DNA of 64,000 nucleotides from Dictyostelium discoideum (lineage: Eukaryota): contig CM000154.2 in assembly GCA_000004695.1 (NCBI GenBank), positions 2,272,001 through 2,336,000 on the forward strand. The letters are read 5' to 3'. Shown piece after piece: positions 27,492-41,391 of the stretch (its first letter is position 1; every line of letters starts with the position of its first letter). The translations under genes and the position numbers were made by a program. Below the pieces are notes generated by a model. That model did no database searches and was not told the DNA's origin. It saw nothing but the letters and a program-made list of their open reading frames with translations.

Positions 27492-30095
27492 TTATTGACT
27501 TGTAATTTTTAATTCATCTTTTGATTTATCAGCAGAAATTGTAACAACTTGATGATCTTTAATTTTACCTTCAAGTATTTGTTTTGCCATTGGATTTAAT
27601 AGAGTTTTTTGAATAACACGTTTTAATGGACGAGCACCATAGATTGGATCATAACCTTGATCGGCCAACCAATCGAGACCATCTTCTTTAACATTGAGAG
27701 CTATATGTTTTTCAGTGAGTAATTTTCTGAGATCATCTAATTGAATTTCAACGATTTTATCCATATCTTTACGAGATAAACGATTGAAAAGGATCATATC
27801 ATCGATTCTATTTAAAAATTCTGGTGGGAAACGTGAACGAACTACACCCATTACCTCTTCTCTAGCTGTTGCTGAAGGTGTATTATCAGGTAAATTTGCT
27901 AAAATTTCTGCACCCAAATTACTTGTTAGGATTACCATTGTATTTCTGAAATCTATTTTCCTACCTTGACTATCTGTGATATGACCATCATCCAAAATTT
28001 GTAAGAGTAAATTGCTAACTTCTTTATGTGCTTTTTCAAACTCATCAAATAGAACCAAAGAGTAAGGACGTCTACGTACAGCTTCAGTTAATGTACCACC
28101 CTCTTCATAGCCAACATAACCTGGTGGAGCACCAATTAATCTACTTACAGAGAATTTCTCCATGTATTCAGACATATCTATACGAATCAAAGCATTTGGA
28201 CTATCAAACATGAATTCTGCCAAAGTTCTACAAAGTTGAGTTTTACCAACACCAGTTGGACCCAAGAATAAGAAGGAGCCCAATGGACGACTATGACTAT
28301 GGAGTCCAGCACGACTAATTCTAACGGCATTACTTACGGCAGTGACAGCCTCTGGTTGACCAATTACTTGTGAACCTAATTCATCCTCCATCTTAAGTAG
28401 TTTCTCCTTTTCACCCATGAGCATACTATGAACTGGAATACCGGTGGCTTTCGAAATTACCAAAGCAACATCTTTTGCAGTGACAGCATCACTCACCATT
28501 GAAATATCACTCGATTGTTCTTCACCCTCTTTTGGAATTTGTTTCTCCAATTGTGGTATAATACTATATGCCAACTCACCAGCTCTTGCCAAATCACCTT
28601 TTCTTTGAGCTTGTTGAAGTTCAATCTTTGCTCTATCCAATTTTTCAACTGCAGTTTTTCTAATGGAAAGTTGTTCTTTCTCCTTCTTCCAAACTTCAGT
28701 GAGTTTATTATATTGTTTATCTTTTTCTTTCAATTCCTTCTCTAACTTTTCACGACGTTCCTTTGAGACTTGATCTTTCTCCTTTTTCAATGCTTCCAAT
28801 TCAATCTTTGATACGATAATTTGACGATTTAAATTTTCAATCTCCTCTGGGAGTGATTCTTGTTGGAGACGTAAACGACTTGCAGCCTCATCGATTAAAT
28901 CGATTGCTTTATCTGGTAAGAAACGATCGGTGATATAACGTTGTGAATTTACAACAGCAGCCACCAATGCACTATCAGTTATACGAACACCATGATGAAC
29001 TTCATAACGCTCTTTTAAGCCACGAAGAATTGCGATGGAGTCCTCAACCGATGGCTCTTGAACTAAAACACTTTGAAATCTTCTTGCAAGTGCAGGATCC
29101 TTCTCAATGTATTTTCTGTATTCTGCAGTGGTAGTTGCACCAACACAATGTAAATCACCTCTTGCCAATTGTGGCTTCAACATATTCGATGCATCCATAC
29201 CACCCTCTACTGCACCCGCACCAACCAATGTATGAAGTTCATCAATGAATAATATTACTTCACCTTTAAAATGTGCGACATCCTTTAGAATCGATTTCAT
29301 TCTCTCCTCGAAATCACCTCTAAACTTTGCACCAGCCACAATCGATGCTAAATCCAATGTCAATACACGTTTATTCTTTATACTATCTGGTACATCACCA
29401 TTTATAATTCTTTGTGCTAAACCTTCAACAATTGCAGTTTTACCAACACCTGGTTCACCAATCAACACTGGATTGTTTTTAGTTCTTCTACTTAATACTT
29501 GAATTGTACGACGAATTTCTTCATCTCTACCAATTACTGGGTCTAATTTACCACTCTTTGCTATCTCTGTTAAATCTTTAGTATACTTTTTTAATGCTTC
29601 TCCTGGTGGAACATTATCAGGTGATACCCATGGTTCTAAATAATTAAAAATAAAAAAAAGGTGTTAAAAAAAGGAACCTTTTACCAATTATTTATATATA
29701 TATATGATTATTAAATAAATTTATTATTTACCTTGTGGTGGTGGTTGTTGACCTCCTCCATTGCCTCCTACATTAATTTATAAAAAAAAAAAAAATTTTA
29801 AAGAAAATATTTAAGTAAAATATTCAAAAAATTTATAAATTCTTCAATTATAATCATAAGATTATTATTTAATATTTATTTATTTACCTTGAAAATTTCT
29901 AATTTGTTGATAAAATAATGATGATGATGGTGATGAATTTGAAAACAATGAACTATTTGTTAAATTATTATTTTTATTATTGTTGATTAAAATTTTATTT
30001 ATATTATTAGTTGTTGAAATAAAATATCTTTTATTTGAACTCTTAATAATATTTGAAATAGGATTAGTTTTAATAATATTTGATAATCTATTCAT
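27492..30095 (-). CDS. Mitochondrial Hsp78-type ClpB/Hsp104 AAA+ disaggregase, lacking the ClpB N-domain. Three exons: 29888..30095, 29732..29767, 27492..29635
   Basis: Exon 1 [29 protein letters not shown]... is a presequence-like basic/hydroxylated N-terminus. Donor GTAAAT, acceptor ..atgtag; 36-nt exon 2 [12 protein letters not shown]; donor GTAAAT, acceptor ttatttag. Exon 3 begins [67 protein letters not shown] (NBD1 Walker A). Second Walker A GPTGVGKT. Coiled-coil middle domain present. The ORF-track Met at 29468 is internal. Confidence 0.8.
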
Positions 30096-30518
30096 GTTTT
30101 TTTTTGTTATGTATATTAATTAATTTCTTTTTTTTTTTTTTTTTTTTTTTTTTTGTATCAAATGTACAAAGAATTAATAATGTCTTAGAAAATTAAAAAA
30201 ATAAATTGAAAAAAAAAATAATAAAATAATAAAATTCAATTATAATTTGTTTGGAGTTTTTTTTTTTTTTTTTATGGAATAATTTAATTATTATCTTTGA
30301 AATTTTGTGTGTAATAAACTACAAATAATCTAAAATAGCAATGTTGCTGTGTGTATGTGAAAATGTAAAATAAAAAAAAAAAGGGTGAACATGCCACTAT
30401 TTAATTTAAAAAATTTTTTATTTTTTTATTTTTTTTATTTTTTTATTTTTATTTTTCGTCTAAATTGCGTTTAAAAAAAAATGAAAAATAATTGCAATTT
30501 AATTTAAAATTCATAGCC

Positions 30519-30558
<40 letters not shown>

Positions 30559-30812
30559 ATTTTTAAAAGGGATTGGGTGGGTTTAATTTAATAATTTTTT
30601 TGGTTTTTTTAATTTCCATTTTGAAGGAGGTTTTTAATTTTTTTTAGTGAAATGAGTTTGAAAAAAAAAAAAAAAAAAAAAAAAAAACTATTTTTGGAAG
30701 TGATTGCTTTTGTTTTTTATTTCACTTTTTTTTTTTTTTTTTTTTTTTTTTAGTGTTTGGTTGGGTTTCTTAATTTCTTTTAGTGCATTGAGTTTTTTTT
30801 TAAAAAAAAATC

Positions 30813-32352
30813 TTAGTATTTAGAAGGTGAAGAGGATCTTCTTCTATACCCTCTGCTTCTACTTCTACTTCTGCTTCTACTTTTACTTTTATTCAAACTC
30901 CTACTTCTACTTCGACTTCTACTATAATCTCTAACTCGTCTATTTCTACTTCTACTTCTGCTTCTACTTCTACTTCTACTTAAACTTTTATTTATTCTTT
31001 TATTGTTATTTGAGTTTCTTCCAAAACTTCTACTTCTGCTTCTACTTCTACTTCCACTTTTACCTCTACTTCTACTTCTTGTTCTACTTCTACTATAGTT
31101 TCTTCTTCTTGGACTATAATCTCTATCAATTGATCTATTATTATTATTATTATTATTATTGTTGTTATTATAATGATCTCTATTATATCTACCACCTCCA
31201 CTATTTCTTCCACCACTTGAAATTCTATATCTATTATCTCTATTATCTCTAACATCTCTCATATCTCTACTACTACCACTACCACCTCTATAACTACTAC
31301 TACCACTAGAAGTGGTAGTAGTTCTTCTTTGATCAATTCCTCTTGATTTAAAAGATTGACTTGAAGAAGGTTTTGGATTTAAATATCTTACAGTTACAAT
31401 TTGACCATCGATTCTACCACCATCCATATATCTTTTTGCTTTATCTCTTTCATCTTTTTGATGAAAATACAATAAAGCATAACCCATTGGTTGATCAATT
31501 TCTTTGTCCCATAAGAAATCAATATCTTTTATTGAACCGAAATTTTCAAATATCTCTTGTAAATGGTCTTTATTAACATTGGGTGTTAATCTATCAACTC
31601 TAATTGGTGATAAACTATATGATCTTGGTGGTGGTGGTGGTGGTGGTGGTAAAGTTGATCTTGATCATACTTCTAGATCTTGATCTAGAATGTGAATTTC
31701 TTGGACGATTATTATTGTTGTGATGATGATGATGATGATGATGATGATGTTGTTGTTGTTGGTGATGATATTGCTTTTTTGGAGGTGGTGATCTACGTCT
31801 TGGTGAACGTGATCTTGATAATTGTCTTCTGTATGGTGATGGTGATCTCGCTCTAATTGGTGAACGTGATCTTGATAATTGTCTTCTTGATGATGATGAT
31901 GATGATGAATGTAATGGCGACCTTCTACTACTACCAACACCACCACCACCACCTCTATAATTACTTTCTCTATAGGGTGAGCTACTTTTTTTATCATTAT
32001 TATTATTATCATTATTTTTCCCACCAATTGGTGAACGAGATCTTGATGATTTTCTATTTGATGGTGAATAATTCATTGGTGAAGGTGATCTGGATGAACC
32101 ATTCTTTCTTTTATTTGATGATGACGATGGTGATGGTGAAGATTTTCTTTTAGGTGAAGGTGATAGTGGTGATGAAGATCTATTTGACTTTTTCTTTGGA
32201 GAAAGTGATCTTGATTTTGACCTTGATCTTGGTGATCTAGACATTGATCTTGATGTTGACCTTACTCTTTTAGGTGATAATTTTTTATCATCATCTTTAT
32301 TTAAATCTGGTGATCCATTACTACTACTATTATTATTATTATTATCACCCAT
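30813..32352 (-). CDS. RNPS1-like RNA-binding protein (N-terminal Ser/Arg-rich region, RRM, C-terminal RS domain). The reading frame as assembled is interrupted near 31660-31690
   Basis: RRM IRVDRLTPNVNKDHLQEIFENFGSIKDIDFLWDKEIDQPMGYALLYFHQKDERDKAKRYMDGGRIDGQIVTV closely matches the human RNPS1 RRM (KVHIGRLTRNVTKDHIMEIF...MDGGQIDGQEI). Upstream ORF 31615..32352 encodes SRSRS/SPSP-rich sequence on the same strand but in another frame. Dropping one nucleotide near 31665 gives ...SRSRSRSMSRSTLPPPPPPPPRSYSLSPIRVDRL... as a single protein. Confidence 0.55.
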
Positions 32353-33203
32353 AATAAACAGTAGTCGTAGTGCAATAATAAATTTTAAATTTTAAATTTT
32401 AAATTTTAAATTTTAAATGATAACAAAAAAAAAGTGAAATGAATCAAATTAAAATTTTAATTATTACTTTTATCGAATTTTGAATTATATGTATAAAAAA
32501 AAAAAAAAAAAGAAAAAATTAATTAAATTATTGAAGATAGTTAATGTGTGGGAATGAAATTAAATGAAAAAAAAAAAAAAAAAAATTTTTTTTTTTACAC
32601 TGCAAATTTTTATTTTTTTATTTTATTTTATTTTATTTTTTTTTGAATTAATTTTGGACATAATAAGATAATTTGAAGTTCGATTGAAAATGTGACATAA
32701 ATAATAATTCTTATTTATTCAATCTAGATAAAAAATTAAAAAAAAAGAAAAACCACATGTTTTTATTTTTATCTATTTTCCTGATGGTGGGCAATTCTTG
32801 ATAAAATAAAAAAAGAAAAAAATAAAAAAAGAAAAATAGATAAAAATAAAAATAAAAAAAAATTAGTGCTCATTCAAATAATAAAAACTTCATCAAAACA
32901 CACACACATTGATTAGGTTATTTATACATTTTTTTTGGGGGTTATTATTAAATTGTAAAAAAAAAAAAATAAAAAATAAAAAATAAAAAAAAAAATATAA
33001 ATAAATAAAAATACCAATATTTATTGTACAAAGGTAGTTAGTTTACCTATATTTAATATAAAAAATTTACATTTATATTTTAATAATTAATATATTATAT
33101 ATAAAATAAAAAAAATATAAAAAAATAGAAATTTACTAATTTCAATTTATTAAATTAATTTTTTCCATTTATTTAAAATTATTATTATTTTTATTATTAT
33201 TTC

Positions 33204-33234
<31 letters not shown>

Positions 33235-33579
33235 TATATAAAATGATTACTAATTAATTTTTATTTTTTTTTTTTTTCAATTGAAAAACCAGGAAAATAA
33301 TTATTAATTAATTCAAAATTAAATATGTAAGTTAAAATTAGAAATTTAAAATAAAGGTTGTGTTTTTTTAAAGATAAAATAATAAGAAACTAAAACATCT
33401 TGTGTTCACACAACCTATATCAGTTTTTTAAAATCAATAATAATAAAAATAATAAAAATAATAAAAATAATAAAAATAATAAAAATAATAAAAATAATAA
33501 TAAAAATAAACATATTATCGATAAAATTTATCATTGTTATTTTCATACAAAAATAAGAGGTGGTGTGGTTGAACTAAAT

Positions 33580-33622
<43 letters not shown>

Positions 33623-34103
33623 CTTATTTATATTTTTACACACAAAAAATCACAAAGGGTGAGATTTATATATTTGGGTTTTTTTTATGTGGCAAAAAAA
33701 AATGTATTGTTTATTTATTTGTGTTTTTGAGTGTGGGTTGAGTGTGGTAATGATAGTGTTTTTTGTTTTGTTTTTGTTTTGTTTTGTTTTGTTTTTTTTT
33801 ATGATTTATTATAAATATTTTTTTTTTTTTTGTTATCAATTTTTTATTTTTTTTTTTTTTTTTTACTTATATGTATATTAATATTAATATATTATTTTTA
33901 TTATATTATTTGGTTTTTTTTTATTTTTTTTTTTGTTTTTTTAATAAATAATTAATTTTTTTTTTTTTTATTATAATTTTTTTTATTTCACACTTATACA
34001 TATATATAATTTCATATTTTTAATTATATCACATCATTAATTATTCACCAACACTTTTTTTAAAATATTATCAATAAAATTTATGATATTAATATTTTTT
34101 TTT

Positions 34104-34141
<38 letters not shown>

Positions 34142-34184
34142 TTTCCTTTTATTTTTTTAAAATTTAGAATACTTAAAAAATAAA

Positions 34185-34215
<31 letters not shown>

Positions 34216-34272
34216 CAAAACAAATATAAAAACAATAAATATCCATATAAATATAAATAAAAATCAATAAAA

Positions 34273-35050
34273 ATGGGAATTTCATCATCTAATCCTTTTA
34301 GTTCAATTTTTAAAAGTAAAGCAATAAAATTATTAATGCTTGGTTTAGATGGAAGCGGTAAAACTACTATATTATATAAATTAATGTTGAATGAAGTAGT
34401 TTCAACAATTTCAACATTAGGATATAATGTTGAAACAATTCAACATAAACATTTAAATTTAACAGTAAGTAAAAAAAAAAAAAAAAATAAAAAAATAATA
34501 ATATCATAATATATAAAAATTATCTAATTTAATTAATTTATTTATTTATTTATTTATTTAAAAAAATAAATAAAAAAAAAATAAAAAAAAGTTATGGGAT
34601 TTAGCAGGTGAAGAAAGAATTAGAACATTATGGAAACCATTTTATAATAAATGTACTGCAATAATATTTGTAGTTGATAGTAGTGATAGATTAAGAATTG
34701 ATGAAGCTGCATCAGAATTAGCTAAATTAATGAAAGAGGAAGAATTAAAAGGTTGTTCATTATTAATATTTGCAACAAAACAAGATTGCATATCGCCAAT
34801 GGAAATACCCGAATTAACCGATCAATTGGGTTTACATGATATTAAAGATCGTAGGTGGTATGTACAACCAACAAGAACATTAGAAGGTATTGGAATTTAT
34901 GAAGGATTAGATTGGTTATCAACTAAAATCATTGAAGATCGAAAATCGAAATCATTTAAATCTAAATTCTCTTTTTCAAATAAAAGTAAACAACAAAAAT
35001 CAAATAGCCAACCAAATACACCAAGAAAAAATATTCAAATGATGACATAA
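34273..35050 (+). CDS. Arf-like (ARL) small GTPase with non-canonical G3/G4 motifs. Two exons: 34273..34464, 34592..35050
   Basis: MGISSS N-terminus with Gly2. P-loop GLDGSGKTT. Donor GTAAGT at 34465, acceptor aaaaaag at 34591, phase 0. Exon 2 starts LWDLAGEERIR (switch II with Gln replaced by Glu). LLIFATKQD in place of NKxD. Basic Ser/Lys tail. Confidence 0.8.
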
Positions 35051-35089
35051 TTAAAATAAAAATAATTATTAAAAAAAATAATAATAATA

Positions 35090-35125
<36 letters not shown>

Positions 35126-35544
35126 GCGCTTAATTAAAAAATTAATACTATTCTGTAAATAAAACAAACTCATTATTTTCAAATTATTGATTAAAAATTT
35201 TAAATAAAAAAATATTTCTTTATTTTTTTTATAATTAATTTAAAATGTTTTTAATCAATACAAAATCTCACCCCACTTTTTGAATAGATAAAGAAAAATA
35301 AATATGACAATTTTTGGTGAAAAAAAGATTAATCTTAAAGTGGGGGAAAGGGGTGGTAGTTATTTGAAAAAACAATAATATTTTTAAAAAAGGTTTGTAA
35401 CAATTTGGAAAAAAATAAAAAAAATAATAATAATAATAATAAAAAGTTTTAAAAAAATGAAATTATTTTTCAGTTAATCAAATAAAAAAAATACAAAAGG
35501 TTATAAAAAATAATATTATTATAATTATAATTACTATTTCAAAA

Positions 35545-36570
35545 ATGAAATTAAAATCAATAATAACTGAAATATTCGAAGTTATTGCTCCATTTTTTTT
35601 TAGTTTTTTAATTATTATATTTTCACCAATTTTAAAATTCATTTGTTTTAAAAAATCATTAAAATTTTCAAAACCTAAATCAATAGTTATTACAGGTACT
35701 TGTTCAGGTTTAGGAAGAGAATTAGCTTGTAAATATTCATCAATTTATAAAAATGATTTAACATTATTATTAATGGGAATGAATGAAGATAATTTAAATC
35801 AAGTAAAACAAATTTGTCAAAATCATGGATCAATTGTTTATACAATTATTGAAAATATTAAAAATAAAGAAAGAATGAAAAACCATTTAATTGAATTTCA
35901 TTCAAAACATCCAATTGATTTATTAATTGCAAATGCTGGTACAATTGAATGTAACTTTTATTTTTTTTTTATTTTTTTGTTTTTTTTTTTTTTTTATTAA
36001 CACACTTTAATTTTTTTTTTTTTTTTATTTTTAACATAAGCTCAACTTAAAGAATCGTTAAGTTTTGAAGATAAACTTCGTGAAATATCAGATACAAATA
36101 TTAATGGAATGTTAAATACAGTGTTACCTGTTATTCCATTAATGGAATCAAGAGGGTGTGGACAAATTGCAATAGTTTCATCATTGTCTAAGAATTTCTC
36201 GTCATTTTATGTTGGTTATAGTGCAAGTAAAGCATATATTTCAACATTTACTAAAATTTTAAGAAACAGATTACATGCATTAAATATTGGAGTTTATTTA
36301 ATTGAACCGGGTTATATTTCAACACCACTAACTCAAACATTAAAAATAAAACCTTTATTTGAAATTAAAATTGAAGATGCGGCACCAGAAATTATTGAAG
36401 GAATTGAAAATGGTAAATCATATATCTCATTCCCATTTAGTGCTCGATGTGTCTCAATTATTTCACATGCTGTTCCTGAATTTTTAACTGATGCCATTAA
36501 TTCATTTAATTCTTTCTTTTTTGGAAGATTTGATTTTCACAAAAAAGATATTAAAAATAAAATCAATTAA
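35545..36570 (+). CDS. Membrane-anchored short-chain dehydrogenase/reductase (SDR), paralog 1. Two exons: 35545..35950, 36041..36570
   Basis: N-terminal TM helix. IVITGTCSGLGRELA (TGxxxGxG). DLLIANAGTIE then donor GTAACT (phase 1), acceptor acataag. YSASKAY (YxxxK). Confidence 0.75.
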
Positions 36571-36665
36571 ATTTTTATTTTTTTTCGGAAATTTCAATTT
36601 TACTTTTTTTTTTTTGGGCGATGGGGTTAATTTGATAAAATTATAAAAATATCTTATTTTAATTG

Positions 36666-36697
<32 letters not shown>

Positions 36698-36882
36698 CAG
36701 AATTAAAAAAAAAGAACAAAGATATTTTTAATTTTTTATTTTTAATTTTTATTTTTTTTTTTATTTTTTTTTTTAATTTATGATTTCGCAATCACCTGAT
36801 TTTTAATTTTTTTTTTTTTTTAATTTTTTTAATTTTTTTTTTTTTTATAATCAATTCACATATTTATAAAAACAAAAAAAAA

Positions 36883-37311
36883 ATGATATTATTTGAAGAT
36901 GTTGTAAAATCATTTATTGATAATATGAATGATTATTTAATGATTATAGTTTCATTCTTTGGTAGTTTATTATTATTATTAATTGGACCATTTTTAAATT
37001 TAATTAATATTACAAAGAATAAAACTAAATTTGGTACACCAAAAACAATTGTTATCACTGGAAGTAATAGTGGTATGGGTAGAGGTATTGCAATTGCATA
37101 TGCAAAACCAGGTGTAACATTAGGTTTAATCGGTAGAAACATTGAAAGATTACAAGACGTTAAAAATGAATGTATTAAAAAAGGTGCCAATGTTATCATT
37201 GAATCAATTGATATCACTGATAAAGAAAAAATGAATAATTGGTTATTATCATTTGATAAAAAGTATACTGTTGATATTTTAATTGCAAATGCTGCTGTAA
37301 GTGAATGTATG

Positions 37312-37348
<37 letters not shown>

Positions 37349-38046
37349 AAACATTTTTACTAATTTTTACAAAAAGTAATGTTACCAAAAGAATTAAATT
37401 TTAATGATAGAACATATGAACTTACAAATATAAATGGTAATAACAATAATAATAATAATATTTTTTTTTTTTTTATAAACAATATGTTAATTTATTTTTT
37501 TTTTTTTTTTTTTTTTTTTTATTTTAATAATAAGTAATGGGTATGTTAAATACAGCATTACCATTAATTGAAAATTTTGAAAAAAGGGGTAATGGTCAAA
37601 TTGTTTTAGTATCAAGTTTAACTAGTTATTTGAATTTTGTATTACCAACTTATTGTGGATCAAAAGCATTTGTAACATCATTTGGATTAACATTAAGAAA
37701 TAGATTAAAGGATAGTGGTGTTGGTGTTTCAATTGTTGCACCTGGTTTTGTTGATACTCCAATGTCTGATTCATTGAAACAAGATTCATTACCATTCTCT
37801 GTTACACCAAATCAAGCTGCTACAATAATATTAGATGGTATTAGTAAGAATAAAGCTTTTATTGCTTTCTCATTACCAACTTTATTATTCACCTACTTTG
37901 TAAATATTATCCCACCAAATCTTAAAGATTCTTGGAATTATATAAGTACATTTTTCTTTAAACATCCAGAATTTAATCCTCCAAATACTAGTAATAGTAA
38001 TAGTAATAATACAGATTCTTCATCTTCAAAATTTAAAAAAAATTAA
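36883..38046 (+). CDS. Membrane-anchored SDR, paralog 2. Three exons: 36883..37306, 37377..37436, 37535..38046
   Basis: IVITGSNSGMGRGIA. ILIANAAVSE then donor GTATGT (phase 1). 60-nt micro-exon LMLPKELNFNDRTYELTNIN. Donor GTAATA, acceptor aataag. Exon 3 VMGMLNTALPLIENF...YCGSKAF. Confidence 0.7.
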
Positions 38047-38383
38047 ATTAAAAAATTAATATTATATTAATTATTTTTGATTTTTATAAACATTAAATAA
38101 AATAAGATGAAATAAAATATTTAAATTTAATAAGTGGTTATTATTTAGTTTTGAATTTTTTTTATTTTTTTTTATTTTAAAGATAATTTCGAACCTATTA
38201 ATAATTAGGTTTCCTTATTTTCATAATTTTTTTTTTTTTTTTTAATAATTAATTTAAATTTTATTTTTTTTTTTATTAATTTTGTTTTATTGTTTGATAA
38301 AAAAAAAAAAAAAATTTTATAAAGGGGTTAATATCAAAAAAAAAAAAAAAAAAAAAAACAATCATTTATCTGTGAAAATAAAG

Positions 38384-39522
38384 ATGGAATTATTTTGTTT
38401 TTTAAATTATGCAAATGATTTTCTTGTTTTATTTATGAATATAATAGGATCAATATTCATTTTAATAATTAGTCCAATTTTATATTTAATAAATTTAAAA
38501 AGAATTAAACAATTTAAAAAAGGAAAAAATATTGTTATTACAGGTAATATAAAAATAAAATTCTAAATAATAATAATAATTCTAAAATAATATTTTTAAA
38601 AAAATAGGTGCATCATCAGGATTAGGTGAATCATTAGCATTAAATTACTCAAAAAATGCAGGTGTAAAACTTGGATTAATTGGTAGGGATACTAATAGAT
38701 TACAAAAAGTTAAAGAAGAATGTTTAAAAAATGGTGCTGAATATGTTGAAATTGAATCAATTGATGTTTCAAATCAAAAAGATATGGAAAATTTTTTAAA
38801 TGATTTTAATAAAAGAATACCAATTGATATAATTTATGCAAATGCTGCTGTAAATGAATGTAATTATAATTTTTATTAATTAATTATTATTAATTATTAT
38901 TACCTCTACTAATATTTTTATTTTATAAATAGTGGTATTACCAAGAGAATTAAGTTTTACAGAAAGAGCAAATAAAATTGTTGATATTAATGTTTATGGA
39001 TTATTAAATACAGTTTTACCAATGATATCAATTTTTGAGAGTAGAAGTAGAGTTGTTAATAATAATAACAACAGTGGTGATGGTGGTGGTGGTGGTGGTC
39101 AAATTGTTTTAGTATCAAGTGTTGGACCAATGACAAATTTTGTATTTCCAACTTATAATGGTACAAAAGCATTTGTAACATCGTTTGGATTAACATTAAG
39201 AAATAGATTAATGGAACAAGGTATTGGTGTTAGTGTTGTTGTACCAGGTTATATTGAAACTCCAATGGCACATGTATTGAAACAAGAGAAATTAATGTTT
39301 TCTGTAACTCCTGAATATGCCGCTAGTAAAACAATTGAAGGTGTACAATTCAATAAAGGTTTAATCACATTCTCAAGATCAATTTATATGATGTCTGTTT
39401 TCTTTAGTTTATTTCCACCAAATTTTGCCAAAGATTCAATTGATTTCATATTATCCAAATTTATTAATTTCCCTGATCATAATAAACCAATGTCACCACA
39501 AGCAAATAAAAAAGTTGATTAA
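38384..39522 (+). CDS. Membrane-anchored SDR, paralog 3. Three exons: 38384..38543, 38608..38859, 38933..39522
   Basis: MELFCFLNYANDF... TM helix. IVITG then donor GTAATA (phase 1), acceptor aaaatag. ASSGLGESLA. IYANAAVNE then donor GTAATT (phase 1), acceptor taaatag. LVLPRELSF...YNGTKAF. Gly-rich insertion GDGGGGGG. The ORF-track start at 38932 is a GTG. Confidence 0.7.
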
Positions 39523-40278
39523 ATTCTTCTTCTTCACCCTCCTCCCTTTTAGTATAGGATATTTAAAATAAAAAATAAAAAATAAAAAATAAAAAATAAA
39601 AAATATCTTAGTCCAATTTTTAATCAGATAATTTAAAAAAAAAAAAAATTGTTTATTTAAATAAACTACCAGGAAAAAAAAAACTTTGATTTCTTGTCTT
39701 ATGACAATCTTTCACTGAAAAACGATTTTTACGGTGGAATTTATTTTTTTTTTATTTTTTTTTTATTTTTTATTTTTTTTTTTTTTTTTTTTTTTGCAAA
39801 GCTGGTAGGTCCCCACACTGTTTTTATAAAACATTTTTTTTAAATTTTTTTTTTTTTTTTTTTTTTTAAATTTTATTTTTCTCTTTATTAAAAAATCTTT
39901 TGTCTCTGTTGTTTATATAAGATATATTAATTGTTTTGTTTTGTTTTGTTTTTTTTTTTTTATTTATTAATTTATTTATCTTCACTAAATCATCATTGAT
40001 ATTACTACATTTATTTATAAAACTACTTTTTTATTATTTTTTATTTTCCACAAATTGTTATTTTACCACATAACCCATCATTTTTTTTTTTTTTTTTTTT
40101 ATAAATTAATTAAATATAAATATTATTCACACACAAACAAAAAATAAAAATAAATTCCAAATTATATTATTATATACAAAAAAAAATAAAAATAAAATAA
40201 AAATAAATTAATTATTATTAAAACAACACATATAAAAAAAAAAAAAAGTACATATACATATATATAAAATTTTAAATA

Positions 40279-41391
<1,113 letters not shown>

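Noticed and set aside
27784-29502. Plus-strand ORFs 27784..27969, 28028..28213, 28515..28745, 28943..29134, 29245..29502
   Set aside because: Antisense to the well-supported Hsp78/ClpB coding exon.
30992-32153. ORFs 30992..31255(-), 31010..31252(+), 31665..32027(-), 31857..32153(+)
   Set aside because: Other-frame or antisense readings of the RS-repeat region of the RNPS1-like gene (poly-E/V, poly-Y, poly-H artefacts).
33400-33881. ORFs 33400..33741 and 33687..33881
   Set aside because: They translate a 9-bp (aataaaaat)n minisatellite and poly-T spacer. There are no splice or start signals and the composition is purely low-complexity.
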